In this document: piece after piece, positions 1 through 11,842 of the stretch | How the letters are laid out: each line of letters starts with the position of its first letter | Position numbering within the stretch: position 1 is the stretch's first letter | Assembly (NCBI GenBank): GCA_030704615.1 | Contig: CM060734.1 | Span: 12,338,001-12,402,000 of the forward strand | Direction of reading: 5' to 3' | DNA: 64,000 nt | Source: Takakia lepidozioides | Lineage: Eukaryota; Plantae; Bryophyta | Translations under genes and position numbers: made by a program | The notes under the pieces: generated by a model | Told to the model about the DNA's origin: nothing | Seen by the model: the letters and a program-made list of their open reading frames with translations, nothing else | Databases searched by the model: none

Positions 1-206
1 TTGCACCCGGGGAAGATTATTTCCAAATCCTCGAAGCGCATTGAGGGCCCTTACCTCATCACTGAAAAGCTTCGTGGTCAGAAGTTCTTGTTACTTCCTC
101 AGCATCATTCGACTCCTCCCCTGGATCACCCAGTGCATGTGGACTCCCTAGTTCACAGCAAGTTGGTCTTCGATCTCCTAAAAAACAAAAAACAAAAAAA
201 AGGTGG
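1..206 (+). mobile_element. Probable 3' end of a Ty3/gypsy integrase (GPY/F module) followed by a purine-rich tract
   Basis: Translation KRIEGPYLITEK...HPVHVDSL resembles the GPY/F and VHV..L motifs at the C-terminus of gypsy integrases. An A/G-rich run at ~180-206 could be a polypurine tract. Cut off by the window edge. Confidence 0.4.
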
Positions 207-300
207 ACGCTTTGCCGAAGTAAACGTAACTTATGTTGTCACTTGACCCAGAATGGATTCGATCTCCCTGACACACTACCTAACCCCTTGAGGAATAGAA

Positions 301-550
301 GCATACTCGGGGGTCGTGAGATTAGCTTCATAAATAGAAGCACGTAGTTTCCACATTAGCCCGAACTACAGGGCAACCCTTTCGGTAACGCGGTTATAGT
401 ATGCGCACCAGCACGTGAACTCCCAATCAAGATGCAAATTTCCTTGCCCCTCACCCGATTTCGGCACTGCGGAAACACACGATTCATCCAACTTATCGTC
501 GCTCGGTCTTGGTAGTTGATCACCCCTGAGCTCCATTGGGCCACTGCCAG
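301..550 (-). pseudogene. Possible degenerate Ulp1/C48 (SUMO-protease-like) fragment
   Basis: Minus frame reads AQWSSGVINYQDRATISW...CSSG*CGNYVLLFMKLI. This resembles the HW.L.VIN and Q.NG.DCG.YVL.FM motifs of Ulp1 proteases, which are often carried by plant DNA transposons. There is an in-frame stop and the His is not conserved. Confidence 0.3.
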
Positions 551-2575
551 TGGCCTATTTTGTTGGTTGTTTCTACATCCTAGCTAACCACACCATGCAT
601 CATCATTCCAAACAACATACAAAACACATCATTTGGAAACAATTCCTCTTTATAAACAAGATATGTACAACACAAGTCTTCAAATGCAATCAGATCCAAC
701 AACGGTAGTCGATTGACTTCGTTAACTAATTTTGATAGATTGTGTGGCTTGGGGAGATGATTCTCGTTGGAAGGTGATGGTTGAAGTTGTTCTTTGTATT
801 GAACTTTCGAGTATTGTCCCTAAGATAATGCGTGAACTATTAAAGTAGACTATTTAGATATGAAGTAAAATGTACAATTTTTGTAAGTACTATGAGTGCT
901 CTAGGCGAGGTGAGCATCATTACAAACTGTGTAAGGCAGGTCTATATGGATAACTCAGTGATCTATTCGCATCTCGTCCGTACAATTAAATTTGAAATGC
1001 TACGTAATAGGCACTAAGTCAAATGTGGGGTTGCTGTGTATACTCTTTTAGAAGAGGCTTTCCAGCCACCTTAGACTGATTTTTGTAGTCAGTAACTTCG
1101 GTGCCTAGTTTCTATCTCTACTTCTTCTTTTATTCCCCTCTCTACTATAAGATCCGTGGGAGATTCAACAGTCTATTCCGTGAAACCCAATCTCTCACAG
1201 ATGAGATCAGAAATGCTTGGCAGCTGACCTCCATGAAGCTTTGACCCTTAGGCAATCCCTTGAGTAGTAGTTGCTTTTGGTTAGGTGGTTAGAGTATGCC
1301 AAGAACTCTAAATCCTAATTCAGACCGAGAGTGAGATGCTCCTGGAAATACAATAAATAAGCAGCTTACCTGCAAGATAATGACGGGCTTGAACTCGTGG
1401 TACTATGTCAAACTCTGCCTTCAGGATTACAAACAATGTGCTCACAAACACTGCAACCGTAGCTCTCGCCGTAGGAGAAGAAAAAATGGTGTTCCAAGAG
1501 GGAAAAAAAATAAAAAAAATGAAGAAAAGGACTATCCAAAGGTAAGCAAGCTCAAAGATCTTATGGGACAAAGAAATGAAGTGATACTTCATAAAGTCCA
1601 CAAAAAGCTCAAATAGCTTATGGGACAAGAAACAAGGAAGAAAATGGGGCCCTAAGAAGCGCAAATTCTACCTATTCATATCAAGAAGTACCCCTAAGTT
1701 TGAGAGACTCATGAGATATGGCACTAGACATGGACCTCTTAATGAAAGATCTGTCAGGGATTGGCTGTCTTAGAAGAGGCAGTAGTGGCAGCCACAGATT
1801 TCATAATAGAGCGGCCAGTGAAAGAAGAAATGTTTCAGAGTCTCCATGCCCTGCTTGTCTTCCCTAGCACAGGCAGGGCTCAGAGGAAAACATAAACAAA
1901 ATACAAAAAATTGAGGGGCTTGTCAATGAGCCCGAAGATTCTGAATCAACAATGGATTCCCGAAGATGGAGAGATTCATGCAGATGTGCAGCCAGGCCTG
2001 TGGGAAAGACTCCTCAAAGGGGTTTACTGTCTTCAAACAAGCAGTAGTAATGGCCCCAAATTTCTTAGTAAAACGTACAGGGAAGAAAGAGTTCCCACTG
2101 GCCTGTCTGGCTTCTCTAGCACAAGCTTGGCAGAAGCGTCAGTAAGCTCCAATTTGCCAGTCTTCCAGTCTCTATCCTTAGATTGTGAGAGCCCATCCTG
2201 AACCTTCCCAAAGCATGTAGCAAAGATGGAGACACACACAAGTAGTTGGGATGTAAGAATCATTTTTTGCAAAGGACCAGAAAGGTGTCATGATGTTGAA
2301 ATGGGGTTCCAATCTAGCTCAAAATGTGCATAAAACGACAGAGGATGAGAGAGAGCTCACGAGAAGTGTACACGGGCATGACTGCCAGTAGCCACAGGTT
2401 TTGCCCTTTTGCCCTCTCCCCGTGAAACTACACGTGATCAACTCACAATGTTGAGAGCTGGTCCTGGGATTCCCGATCCATTCGTCAATCTACTCACCTT
2501 TTCAATCTATTCACTTCTACTTCGGATGCACATTTTTGCTACAGTCAGTTCCTCATAGTTCCTCACTGGAACATT

Positions 2576-3967
2576 TCATAGCATGCGGGGCCTTCTAGCT
2601 TGCCTCACACCAAGCCATTTTGCAGCTGGCTTACTGGTCCTCCCTGATGAGTTACTGATCCTCCCTGCTGGTTTACCGGTCATCTCAGATGGTTTAGAAA
2701 CCCTTCCTGATGGTTTGCTTTCTCCCCCCGACGGTGTACTGACCCTCCGTGATGTCCGGCAAGAACCCCTGGTCTGTTTAAACCCTTGAAGTGCTGCTGG
2801 TGACTCCCCAACGTCGTCCTCATCTTCAATGTCAGCTTCTAGTTCAATCACCTCATTTACGTCAGCGACCTCGCTTTTCTTGCTGTGAGTCTTTTCTCCT
2901 TTTGTCTTGGCCTTCTGATCTGGCAGTGAACCTTCCTCATCACTGTGCTCGAAAACCACAACCTCCTCCTCTTTGACTTGTCTCTTGCGTTTGCCAGACC
3001 GTGCTGCCTCAACGACCTTCAATTATGTGTCCTCTTTGGTGCCTTGTTTGACTCTCTTGCACCGCACCACATCAAGAACAGCTGCATCTTCTTGGTTCAT
3101 CTCCTCTTTGATTGTTTTACGAAGTTTCCTGGATTCAGGCGTCATTGATTTTTTCCCGCTTGAGCTCTTTTCCACTTTCTCTCTGGCTGGATACGATGCA
3201 GTTGACTTCTTAGTGGGACGTTTCATCTCTTTCTTCTCTGCCGCCAATGTTCTCCCTTCCGTCGGTGCTTCATCTGCATCCTGGGATGCTGGGTCCTGCT
3301 CAGAGGCCCTTACAATGTGGGTCCTGAATTTAGTCCTAGAAACGAGCTCAAACACGCATGCATCTCCATCTACCAAGTTATGGTCCAGCGAGAGGCCTCG
3401 CCATCCCCCACTCAGTCCCACCTTTTTCGCTAGATAGATCGTCTCCCATTCCATATCTTGCTCATCCTGCAGCATAATTCGGTCATCTTGTAATGGCAGG
3501 CGCACCTTGCAGAAGGCGGCCGGCAACCCGAGCCAAAACCCACTCGCTGTATGTGAGTGTAACATTGATTTCACGATGGAGGGAGTCTCTAAGCCTTTGG
3601 TGATTTCTTCAGCAGCTTCAATGGCTGCCATGCGAGCCTTATCAGAGAAGTACCGGCGAGGGAGACATTGTTTGTCTCCCCTGGACCCACACCTTGCCCG
3701 CAGCCCAGAAATCTCAAAATGGTCTTTGTAATCAACAACTGGCTTGGCAGCCACTCGAGAAGACCGCCTCTGCTTCATGCCTAGCTCCTCAAGGGAGAGG
3801 CATCTTTTCTTACATGACCGCGCAACTGTTGCACTGGATGGACATGATGACTTGGTCAAGCTCTTGGACAGTTCCTTGAGGCCAACCTCTAGCATACGTT
3901 TCTTGTTTTCTTCGATTCTCTTCCGGCGAACGTCCTCATACGATGACGAGTTTGCATTTGGTCCCAT
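2576..3967 (-). CDS. B3 DNA-binding domain protein (At3g19184/At5g42700-like REM family); 314 aa to a TAA at 3023-3025, with the frame open for another 148 codons
   Basis: N-terminal YEDVRRKRIEENKKRM and RRSSR motifs. B3 core PSIVKSMLHSHTASGFWLGLPAAFCK...YLAKKVGLSGGWRGLSLDHNLVDGDACVFELV. No intron interrupts the coding sequence. Confidence 0.9.
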
Positions 3968-4159
3968 TCTCGAGAAGCTCTGCTGAGCAAGACTATGAGG
4001 TAGCTTGAACTATCAGCAATGCTGTTCCTTCTTGCCCTCCTTGTGCATTGACACAATAGTAGAATCAAGTAGTAAGTCTGTTATTGCTCACGCCATTAAG
4101 CACAGTACCCATCCAAAGGTAGGCACACACAGACAGACCAGCTGATGCGTGAGAGGAGC

Positions 4160-4255
4160 GTAAAACCCTAGCTAGTGTAGTTTTGGTGGGCTTTAAATAG
4201 CATAAAATCCCGCTTGTCCTGTTACGCCGTGGAGCCCATGGGCTGGGGCCGTAAT
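4160..4255. promoter_or_regulatory. Telo-box-like and site-II-like motifs in the divergent B3 / receptor intergenic region
   Basis: AAACCCTAG at ~4163-4171 and AGCCCA/TGGGCT at ~4233-4244. This motif pair is typical of plant promoters. The two genes are head-to-head (ATGs at 3967 minus and 5161 plus). Confidence 0.4.
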
Positions 4256-5160
4256 CTCAGATTACGGGCAGATAGGCAGGTAGTTTTCTTTTCACACGGT
4301 CTACAATGCAGTTTTTACGTGAGTTTAAGTAAAACATAACCTCGTAAGAGGCCAAAAGGCAGCCAACTTCTACCGTGGAAAACTTTGAAAGTTTTTGAGG
4401 TGGTAGCTCACCTTCTCTACGGTCAGGTTTCATGGATCTGAGCCTTTCTCAGGCTGCACGTTCAGTTTTTATGCAGTTTAAAGAGCTTGTTACATTGTAG
4501 ATGATTAAACTGTTGAGATGGGGCCTATCTGTTTTGGATTCCTCAAACTGTTGAGTAAGCAAGTATAGTGTTCCTCGATTGGGGAGCCGCCATAAAATCA
4601 ATCCACCGTCGCTTTGCCGCTTTGCCCCTCTTTGATTACGTCTCCAGCTGTCGAGCTGAGCCCGTCGTCTTTTCTTTGGGAGTTCTCAGTATCATCGCAC
4701 TGTGTTCTCTGTTGCTGTTCAGGTTCACATTGTCACTGGATTTGTTATTGAGATTTGCTATCTCTCGCTGTCTCTCAAAGAATTGTTTTTCTCGCCGCCA
4801 ATCCTGCATGCAACTGATCCTGTCCTTTTCTCTCCCGCTTCCTTACTATGGCTTTATGCTTCTCCCCTTTCTCTGGCTTTCATTCTCGCTCTTGTGGCAT
4901 TCAGCTCCGTCCTGCCTCTTCTTGACTTTACCGGAGCCGGACCGCTCTTTATCTCTCTATTTCTCTCTCGGTATTAGAAATGTTGTTTTCTTTGTGTCTC
5001 TCTGTTTTGAAAATACGCATTATGTATTTCTTCAGCTCTCGAAATTTTCTTTCAAGAACTTCGACCTGAGGCTACCAAAGAAGCAGATTACATTTCGTCT
5101 TTGGAGCGAGATCAAAGAACAAGGAATAGCGGAATCAGTTATAATCAAACAGGAGTATCA

Positions 5161-8100
5161 ATGCCAATATGTGGGGTGTTGCTGCTACTGGTGGCGTTTC
5201 TGGCTTTGTGGCCGGGCGGTGAAGCAGACTCTAATCTACCAACATACACTCTCGGATTCCTATCACCTTCAGCCGACTCTGCCATCCCTGCTAGCCTTGC
5301 CACTGAATGGTGCGTCTCCGGCCATATCAATTAGTGCTACTACAGAATATCAAGAACGTTTCCTGTTGGATCAATGACGGTTTGTGTAAGAGCAAATCTT
5401 CCATGTTGATATAAGATTTTTCCTGGGAAGGTGAGACTGGATGGTAATGCGAACATTATGCTCTCCATTGCAGCAAGCCATTGGCGCTTTCCTTCATTTG
5501 AGTTTCCTGTCCCCGGGTATTCAATAATAACAGGGGAGAGTGTTAACGGATATTTGTCACTCCCAAGAGGCCCTTACCACAACCGATTTTTTCTCCTTTG
5601 TATTTACTTCTTTGTCCACTTTTGAGATTTTGTGAGAATGACCTGCATTGGAAACTTAACTTAGTTCGTGCTCAATTTTGTTCATGCATGGGCTGAATTT
5701 AAGATCTCTATAGGGTATAACAACTTTGGTGGTTTATAAATAGTGCATATTACTGTAAAGATAGAGGCTTTGTATAGTGACACATATTTTGAGCAAATGC
5801 TCTCCTGTCCCTTAACCTGTTGGAAATCTCACTCTCAAATTAAGCCGGTGACCTGATTCCAAATGCAGGTTTGAGGGGAGGAGCAGAGAGAGAAGAGGGC
5901 TGTGTGAGCATACCATCTAATGTTTTGAAAATATGTTAAATGTGAGAGCCTTGTATTGATAGACCCATGGGATGTAGCCCCTTGTGGACATTGAACCCCA
6001 TCTGCTCCTCTTGTAAGAAGTATGGCATCGCCAAACATTGTAGGTTTTTTATTTCCCCACATGAGTATTAGTGCATCTTTCTGGAGAAATAACAGATCAT
6101 AAATTATTTATCCTCTCTACAGCAGTTGGCCAGAGTTCAGCTTTTGAGTCAGGTGTAGACAATGTGTTACCTTTAAAGGCTTAACATACGTACCCAACTT
6201 GACAGACCACAACACAACATCCATACAGATACTCTTGGTTCTGGAGATGGACACAAAGACTCATCGCATTGACTCCAAAGCCCAATAAAAACTTGTTAAC
6301 CAGTTAGAAATGGCTCAGTTCAATTTAGATTCATGGGGTGGATGCACCGAACAGTGTGGTTCAGAACATGCCACATGTAAAGCCACCTATTTCGAAAAAC
6401 TCAGGATGTTCCACTACCTGCAGACCTAATAAATTTCTTACTTACCTTCTGTTGCACTTACAGTGGGTGCAAAGATTGTCTCCTGGTGCTTTTGATTGCT
6501 ATGCATTGTCACACATAAGTCGCTCTGTGGACGTTATGACTTTTTCTCTTCCTGTTACAGCATTCCTCTCTCCAAGCCAAGCATGGGTCTTGGGTAGCAA
6601 TATTATAGAGTGAAACTACTACTCTCTTTCTTCTGTCTGAATTTGAAACAGATTATTTGCCACTCTTAATAGCGCAAGCGCAGACCTTCAGGCACTGCTT
6701 CTGTACTGTCCTGGTTCCCCTTGTCCTACCTTTCCTTCGTTCTCAACTGTTTGCGGCATTGACCACAATTCCTGGTAAGCAAATAACAATGCCTCCCTCA
6801 TCCTACTGAGTCCTCCACACCATATACTCTAGTCTTGAAGGCTTTGGCCATGATGTGTGGGGTTATTTGGCAGGCAGTCAGCATTCCGCGTAGCAGTGGA
6901 GGTACTCAACTCAGAAAACCGCCCATACAGGCTCACAACCCAATCGGAACTGAGTGAATGTGATTATGCAGGAGCTCGACGAGGGGCGTCTATCCTGGTG
7001 GCCCCTAGTACAAATCCGCCACTAATTGGTGCTGTTGGACCTGCCTGCACTGGGGCGGCCATTGCAGCTGCTGGGATTTTTGAGGAAAACAATCTTACCC
7101 TTGTTTCATTTGCTGCCACAGGGGAGCCTCTTTCAAGCAGAAATATGTTCCCTACCTTTTTCCGCACAGTGTAAGTCCATGGTGGCCTGTTCTGGTGAAG
7201 TCCAATTTGAGAGGTGGTTATGTTTCAGCTTTTTAGTTCTTTCAGTGCTTGTCTGCGCATTGATGGTTCAGCCTGATTCATTGGCTGGACCTTGAAGCAT
7301 GACTGAATCAAGTCATCCAGCTATGGTACATATGGGACAAGGCAGCAGTCTGGTAGCTGTCATCATGTCCATATTATTAGTCTAATCACTTCACTTCACA
7401 AGCTTTGGACAGACTGAAGTTCTGGAGTCTGTCTGATTTGTATATGTTGCTTGCCAATTGCAGATATAGTGACCTGCATCAGGCTGCAGCTGTGGCAGCA
7501 AGTGTGAGTGCTCAATGCACCCTCTTTCCCCCTACAGCTAATCTGAGAAAATTTCCTTCAGATGGTGGGGCCCTCAATTTAGGGTCATTCCTGGAAATGG
7601 TTGCCCTTTTTTATTTTTTTTCCTTCTCTCGTGGTCTTATGTTTCAGCAGCTAAAAGGACCATTGTATATTCCCTGTGACAAGAACTCCAGGGCAGGTCT
7701 CCAAGTTGCCAGTTGATTACCATGTCATAGCTGTACAGCATTCTGAAGACTGTTTGAAGCGGCGGTGCAGATTGCTAAGCTGCAGATGACCAATGTCACA
7801 ATCCTATCCACTCAGGATTACTACAGCATGAATCTGGCTGGTAATATTAATGAGGTCTGTTTCAACTCTTTGTTGCTGTTTGCTGTTTTTCATTAATGAG
7901 ATGCTCAGCAAATAAGGTTCTGACGGTTGTGTCCACCATAGTCGGCTTCCAGAATCTTCAATTCTGGCTGGATAACACAACTTTGGGAAAAGAATTGTGT
8001 TTTTTGTTTGTCTATTGAATATGGTCGCTGTGTTGCAGAAACTCATCCTAAAAGTCTCTCGTGACAATGATTATCACTTGGTGGCAGGTGTCATAAGCGA

Positions 8101-11100
8101 TGCTCCTACAGTGCTGTCTGTTTCAGCATTGGTTATTGTCTCCTTAGCTGTGTGAATACTAGATTCACCATAGGTTGTCATAACTTGACTGTGTTAAGTT
8201 GTGCTTGGTTGTAGAGTTGTACCCCTTGACAAGCGGCTCTTTGTTTGTATTGTTTGATGAGCCTGTATTGCTGGTAATCTTGACGTGCAGTCAGTAAATG
8301 GGGCAATCTCCATCCGTACGGAGCTGTTGGATTTTGGGGAGAACAGTACAATTGACACTGTCCAGCTAGGCAATATTCTGAACACTGTCCAGCCAAACGC
8401 CTTTCTTATCATGGTTGTGCATCCCCTCGAAGCACGTGACATCTGGCAAACAGCCTTCAAATTGGTAACATGTGTCAACTTCTGAAACAGCAATTTATAC
8501 ATGTTTCTGGAAGTTTATTTGAGTTTCCATTTGCAAATTCAGTTCTGTCACCGATTTCAGCAAGGGTTGAGAGATTTCCCATAGTAGATACGCAGACAGC
8601 AGTATTCCAACACATGTTTACTTAAAACATAATACCTATCAAGTCTTAAAAGAGCAGCGCTAAATAAAACTATACCAGCCACAGAAGACAGTGGAGCATG
8701 GATGATTGTACCAGTCAGTCTCCTTACCATAACTATCTTAACATATGACCTAGACTTCGAATGAATCTACATGGTTGCATGTTGCCGAGACTTTGTAGTA
8801 GAGTTTATCATGTTCTTGGATAATTGCTGCCTTAAGGAGTATTTCTTTTTCATTCTAACTAACAAACTTCACTTGTCTGTCTTACCATGCAAAGAGAAAA
8901 ATGGAGTTTCCCTGGTGGTACTTAGGCACTGATGGAGTAACAGCCTTTGATCCTTCCAGTGAAGATTCAACAGGTAAAGTGTCTTGATGGTTGTGTCATG
9001 GTGCTTATATCAGTTGGCAGTCTCTGAGATCTCTGTTGCTGGACATTGTCTTGGAGGTACTGTTCATAAAACTGGGTGGACAGAGCACTAAGTATGCCTT
9101 ATGGCTGATGTATCTGCCAGAATCTGCATTTGTGAATGCGTTGGTGGGAGAGATCGGGTTGTCTCCTTATGGTAAATCTCTCCTTATAATCTCCTTCATA
9201 TCTTGTGTGTAAAACTCCTGCTGTCTTGCTATGCAAGTGGTTGTGCAAAACTGTATCCCAAAGCTGGATTGCCAAGACGGAAAGGAGGCATAGTAAGAGA
9301 GAAAAGGGGTGGGGGGATGGGTATGCATTTTATAATTTGTTGCTCCCTTCTCTCCCTCCATCATCTTTTTATTTTCTGTATCTTCTTTACTTGATTGATA
9401 GGAGTGATGGATCTCTTTAAATTTCATTCTGCAGGTGGAGACTATTCAGGCGACTCCTCTTGTGACAAGTTCTACACCTACTGGCAAAAAGCTAGCTACC
9501 CAGGCTTTCCATCCAGCAGCCAAAATAAGTCGCGCTCATATACACCCTATCTGATCGATACAGTTCGAGCGTATTTTGAAGTCTGTGACTCACTTGTGAA
9601 AAGCAACCTGCCAATCACGCCTCAAAATGTATTATTGGCATTCAATGGCTCTGGACCCGGGACGCCGAACTTCCAAGGGTGCACTGGACAAGTTGCGTTT
9701 GACCCAGAGACAGGCAGTCGGAGCACTGTGGCACAACCCCCTATATATGACCTTGTCACACTCACACAAACCGATTGGGAGGTACATGTATTGGTGACCT
9801 GTGTTTTTGGTTGCTTCATTGCTAGCTGGTACATTGACGAGACTTCTAGTCCATACAGCGAGAATAGACATATTTAGTTTGTAAGATTACGGCTTTGGCA
9901 GGGGCTACTGTCTCCCTCTACTTCCCTCACTCTCCTTGTAAAAGCCCTTCACAAAGGTAGTGTATGTTCCCTTTTGTTCTGCCCAAACTGTGCATGAGGT
10001 CTATGGTCACGAGGGTATGGCAACCATCTTATGAGTGCATTCTCTCCTTATAAAATCAATTTCTCATTCTAACCGCATGGAGCGGATTTATGCTGCAGGC
10101 CAAAGGGCGGATACAAAATCAGACTTTCGTGACATTGCAAACATTGTCAAGGCCTGGCAGTCAATTCGGGCCTAATTCGGTAACACCAATATCTCTTCTG
10201 ATTTGCGTAGGACCTTCCTTTTTGCATGGATTATAACTTTTGCAATCCACCTTGCGTGGGATTTTAGTATGTTGGATCAAACATGGAGAGATGAAAATAT
10301 CACCTTTGCTGTTGCAGCATGGACAACTCGACCCCCTTTGATTTGGGCGAAATTCCCACAGCTGTACTGGGTGGCACAGCAGTATTCTTTCTGCATACTT
10401 GCAGGTCCTTCACCCCTTAGTGTTAGGGGTTGAAATCACGATTGCTGTTTTTCAACTGTCTCTTCGCTGTTTTGATGATGATGAAGATAAGCTCTTATCA
10501 TCCGCAGCTAAAATTGATGCACTTGGATTAGATTGTACACATGTGGGTGTGTAGGTGCACCTGTAGTGAGTAATAGATGGTTGCCCCTCTAGTGGTCACA
10601 AAATCTGTAGTGGTTTTTTGTGGCCAGGATAGAGAGAGTTGTTCTAAGAGTACTTCACTTTCTTTGGCCTCCTGGGCCTGCCCCCTGTTTCGACGGAAGA
10701 GACAAAGGGGAGGACAATGAAAGGAGGACATTCTAGATAGTCCCACTACCATTGGGGAACACCTCCGCACAGTAATAAGACTCATATGGAGAAAAATAGT
10801 TGAGAGAGAGATATGAAATGTAGTAAAGTGACAGTTCCCAGGAAGATACTGATTTCCCTGGTGCTGGTTGTGGTCACCTGAGCTTGCCTTAGTGCTCAGT
10901 CACAGCCAAACCCATCCAGTTAAAAGGGAATTGATTACACTTTGGTGTAAGCAATAGCATTGGCTTCAACTAAAAACTAGGAGGTCGCATCCAACCCCGC
11001 TACTTTAGCCCTTAATCTGGAAGTAGATGTAGCCTATATAGCTTTGTGAGCGCTCACATTGCCGATTACCCTGTCAAGGATACGGGGGAAGGAAAGAAAA

Positions 11101-11807
11101 GAAAACCCAAGATAGAATGAGAGAAACTTCATAACATCTAGGGGCCAAAAGGGTCATCAAAGAGAATGTGCTCAAAAGATGTTGGAAAGAGGGAGCAGAC
11201 ACTACTTCTGTCAGGGGCTCATTTCAGTAATGGAGGTCATTGGAGAGTGCAATTGCTCGTTGTGTGGGCAACCCGAAGACAATATTTTCTGATTCACTGT
11301 CCGGGGTACTCTCACCAGAGAGAAGCTCTCCTCCAATCTATCAAGAGAATTGTGCCTGCACCTATGTTTACCAACTTTGAAAGTCTCGAGGCTGAGCCAA
11401 AAGCCCAGGCCCTTCTGAGGCCTAGTTACTGGACAAACCACACACAGCAGATTGATGCTTGTGTGAAAGGATTTCTAGAGGATATCTGGAAAACCCGAAT
11501 CAATGTCCTTTATGAAGGTAAGTCTTACTACCGACGTCAGCCCTTGACTGAGGTAGGTTCTGTCCCTTTTTGTTCCGTTCAAACTGGACGCGGGGTCAAT
11601 GGCCACAAGGCTACGGCAAACAACGTCTTATGAGTACATTCTCTCTCTCTCTCTCTCTCTCCAATGTTCCACTCAAACTGGGCGCTCGGTCAATAGCCAC
11701 AAGGCTACGGCAAACAACGTCCTCTCTGCTTCTGTTTACTGTTCAAAGGAGGCTTCCTGCCCTGAGTTTAAATTTCAGTCTGGTGCCGAGAGTGGGTAGA
11801 CCCTTGA

Positions 11808-11842
<35 letters not shown>

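Noticed and set aside
600-2500. Short ORFs and possible LTR-like sequence upstream of the B3 3' end
   Set aside because: No recognisable motifs, termini or splice-consistent frame; left unannotated.
4568-5377. 269-aa hydrophobic ORF
   Set aside because: It runs through the CT-rich 5'UTR/intron and off-frame over exon 1 of the receptor gene; the composition reflects pyrimidine richness.
8040-8087. Extra receptor exon (KLILKVSRDNDYHLVA)
   Set aside because: Exon 4 joins exon 5 in phase 0 with sensible domain spacing without it, and its apparent donor would break the frame.
10562-10961. Possible old LTR (TGTA...TACA) followed by a degenerate tRNA-Leu-like PBS
   Set aside because: No second LTR, TSD or coding remnant, and the PBS match is only partial.
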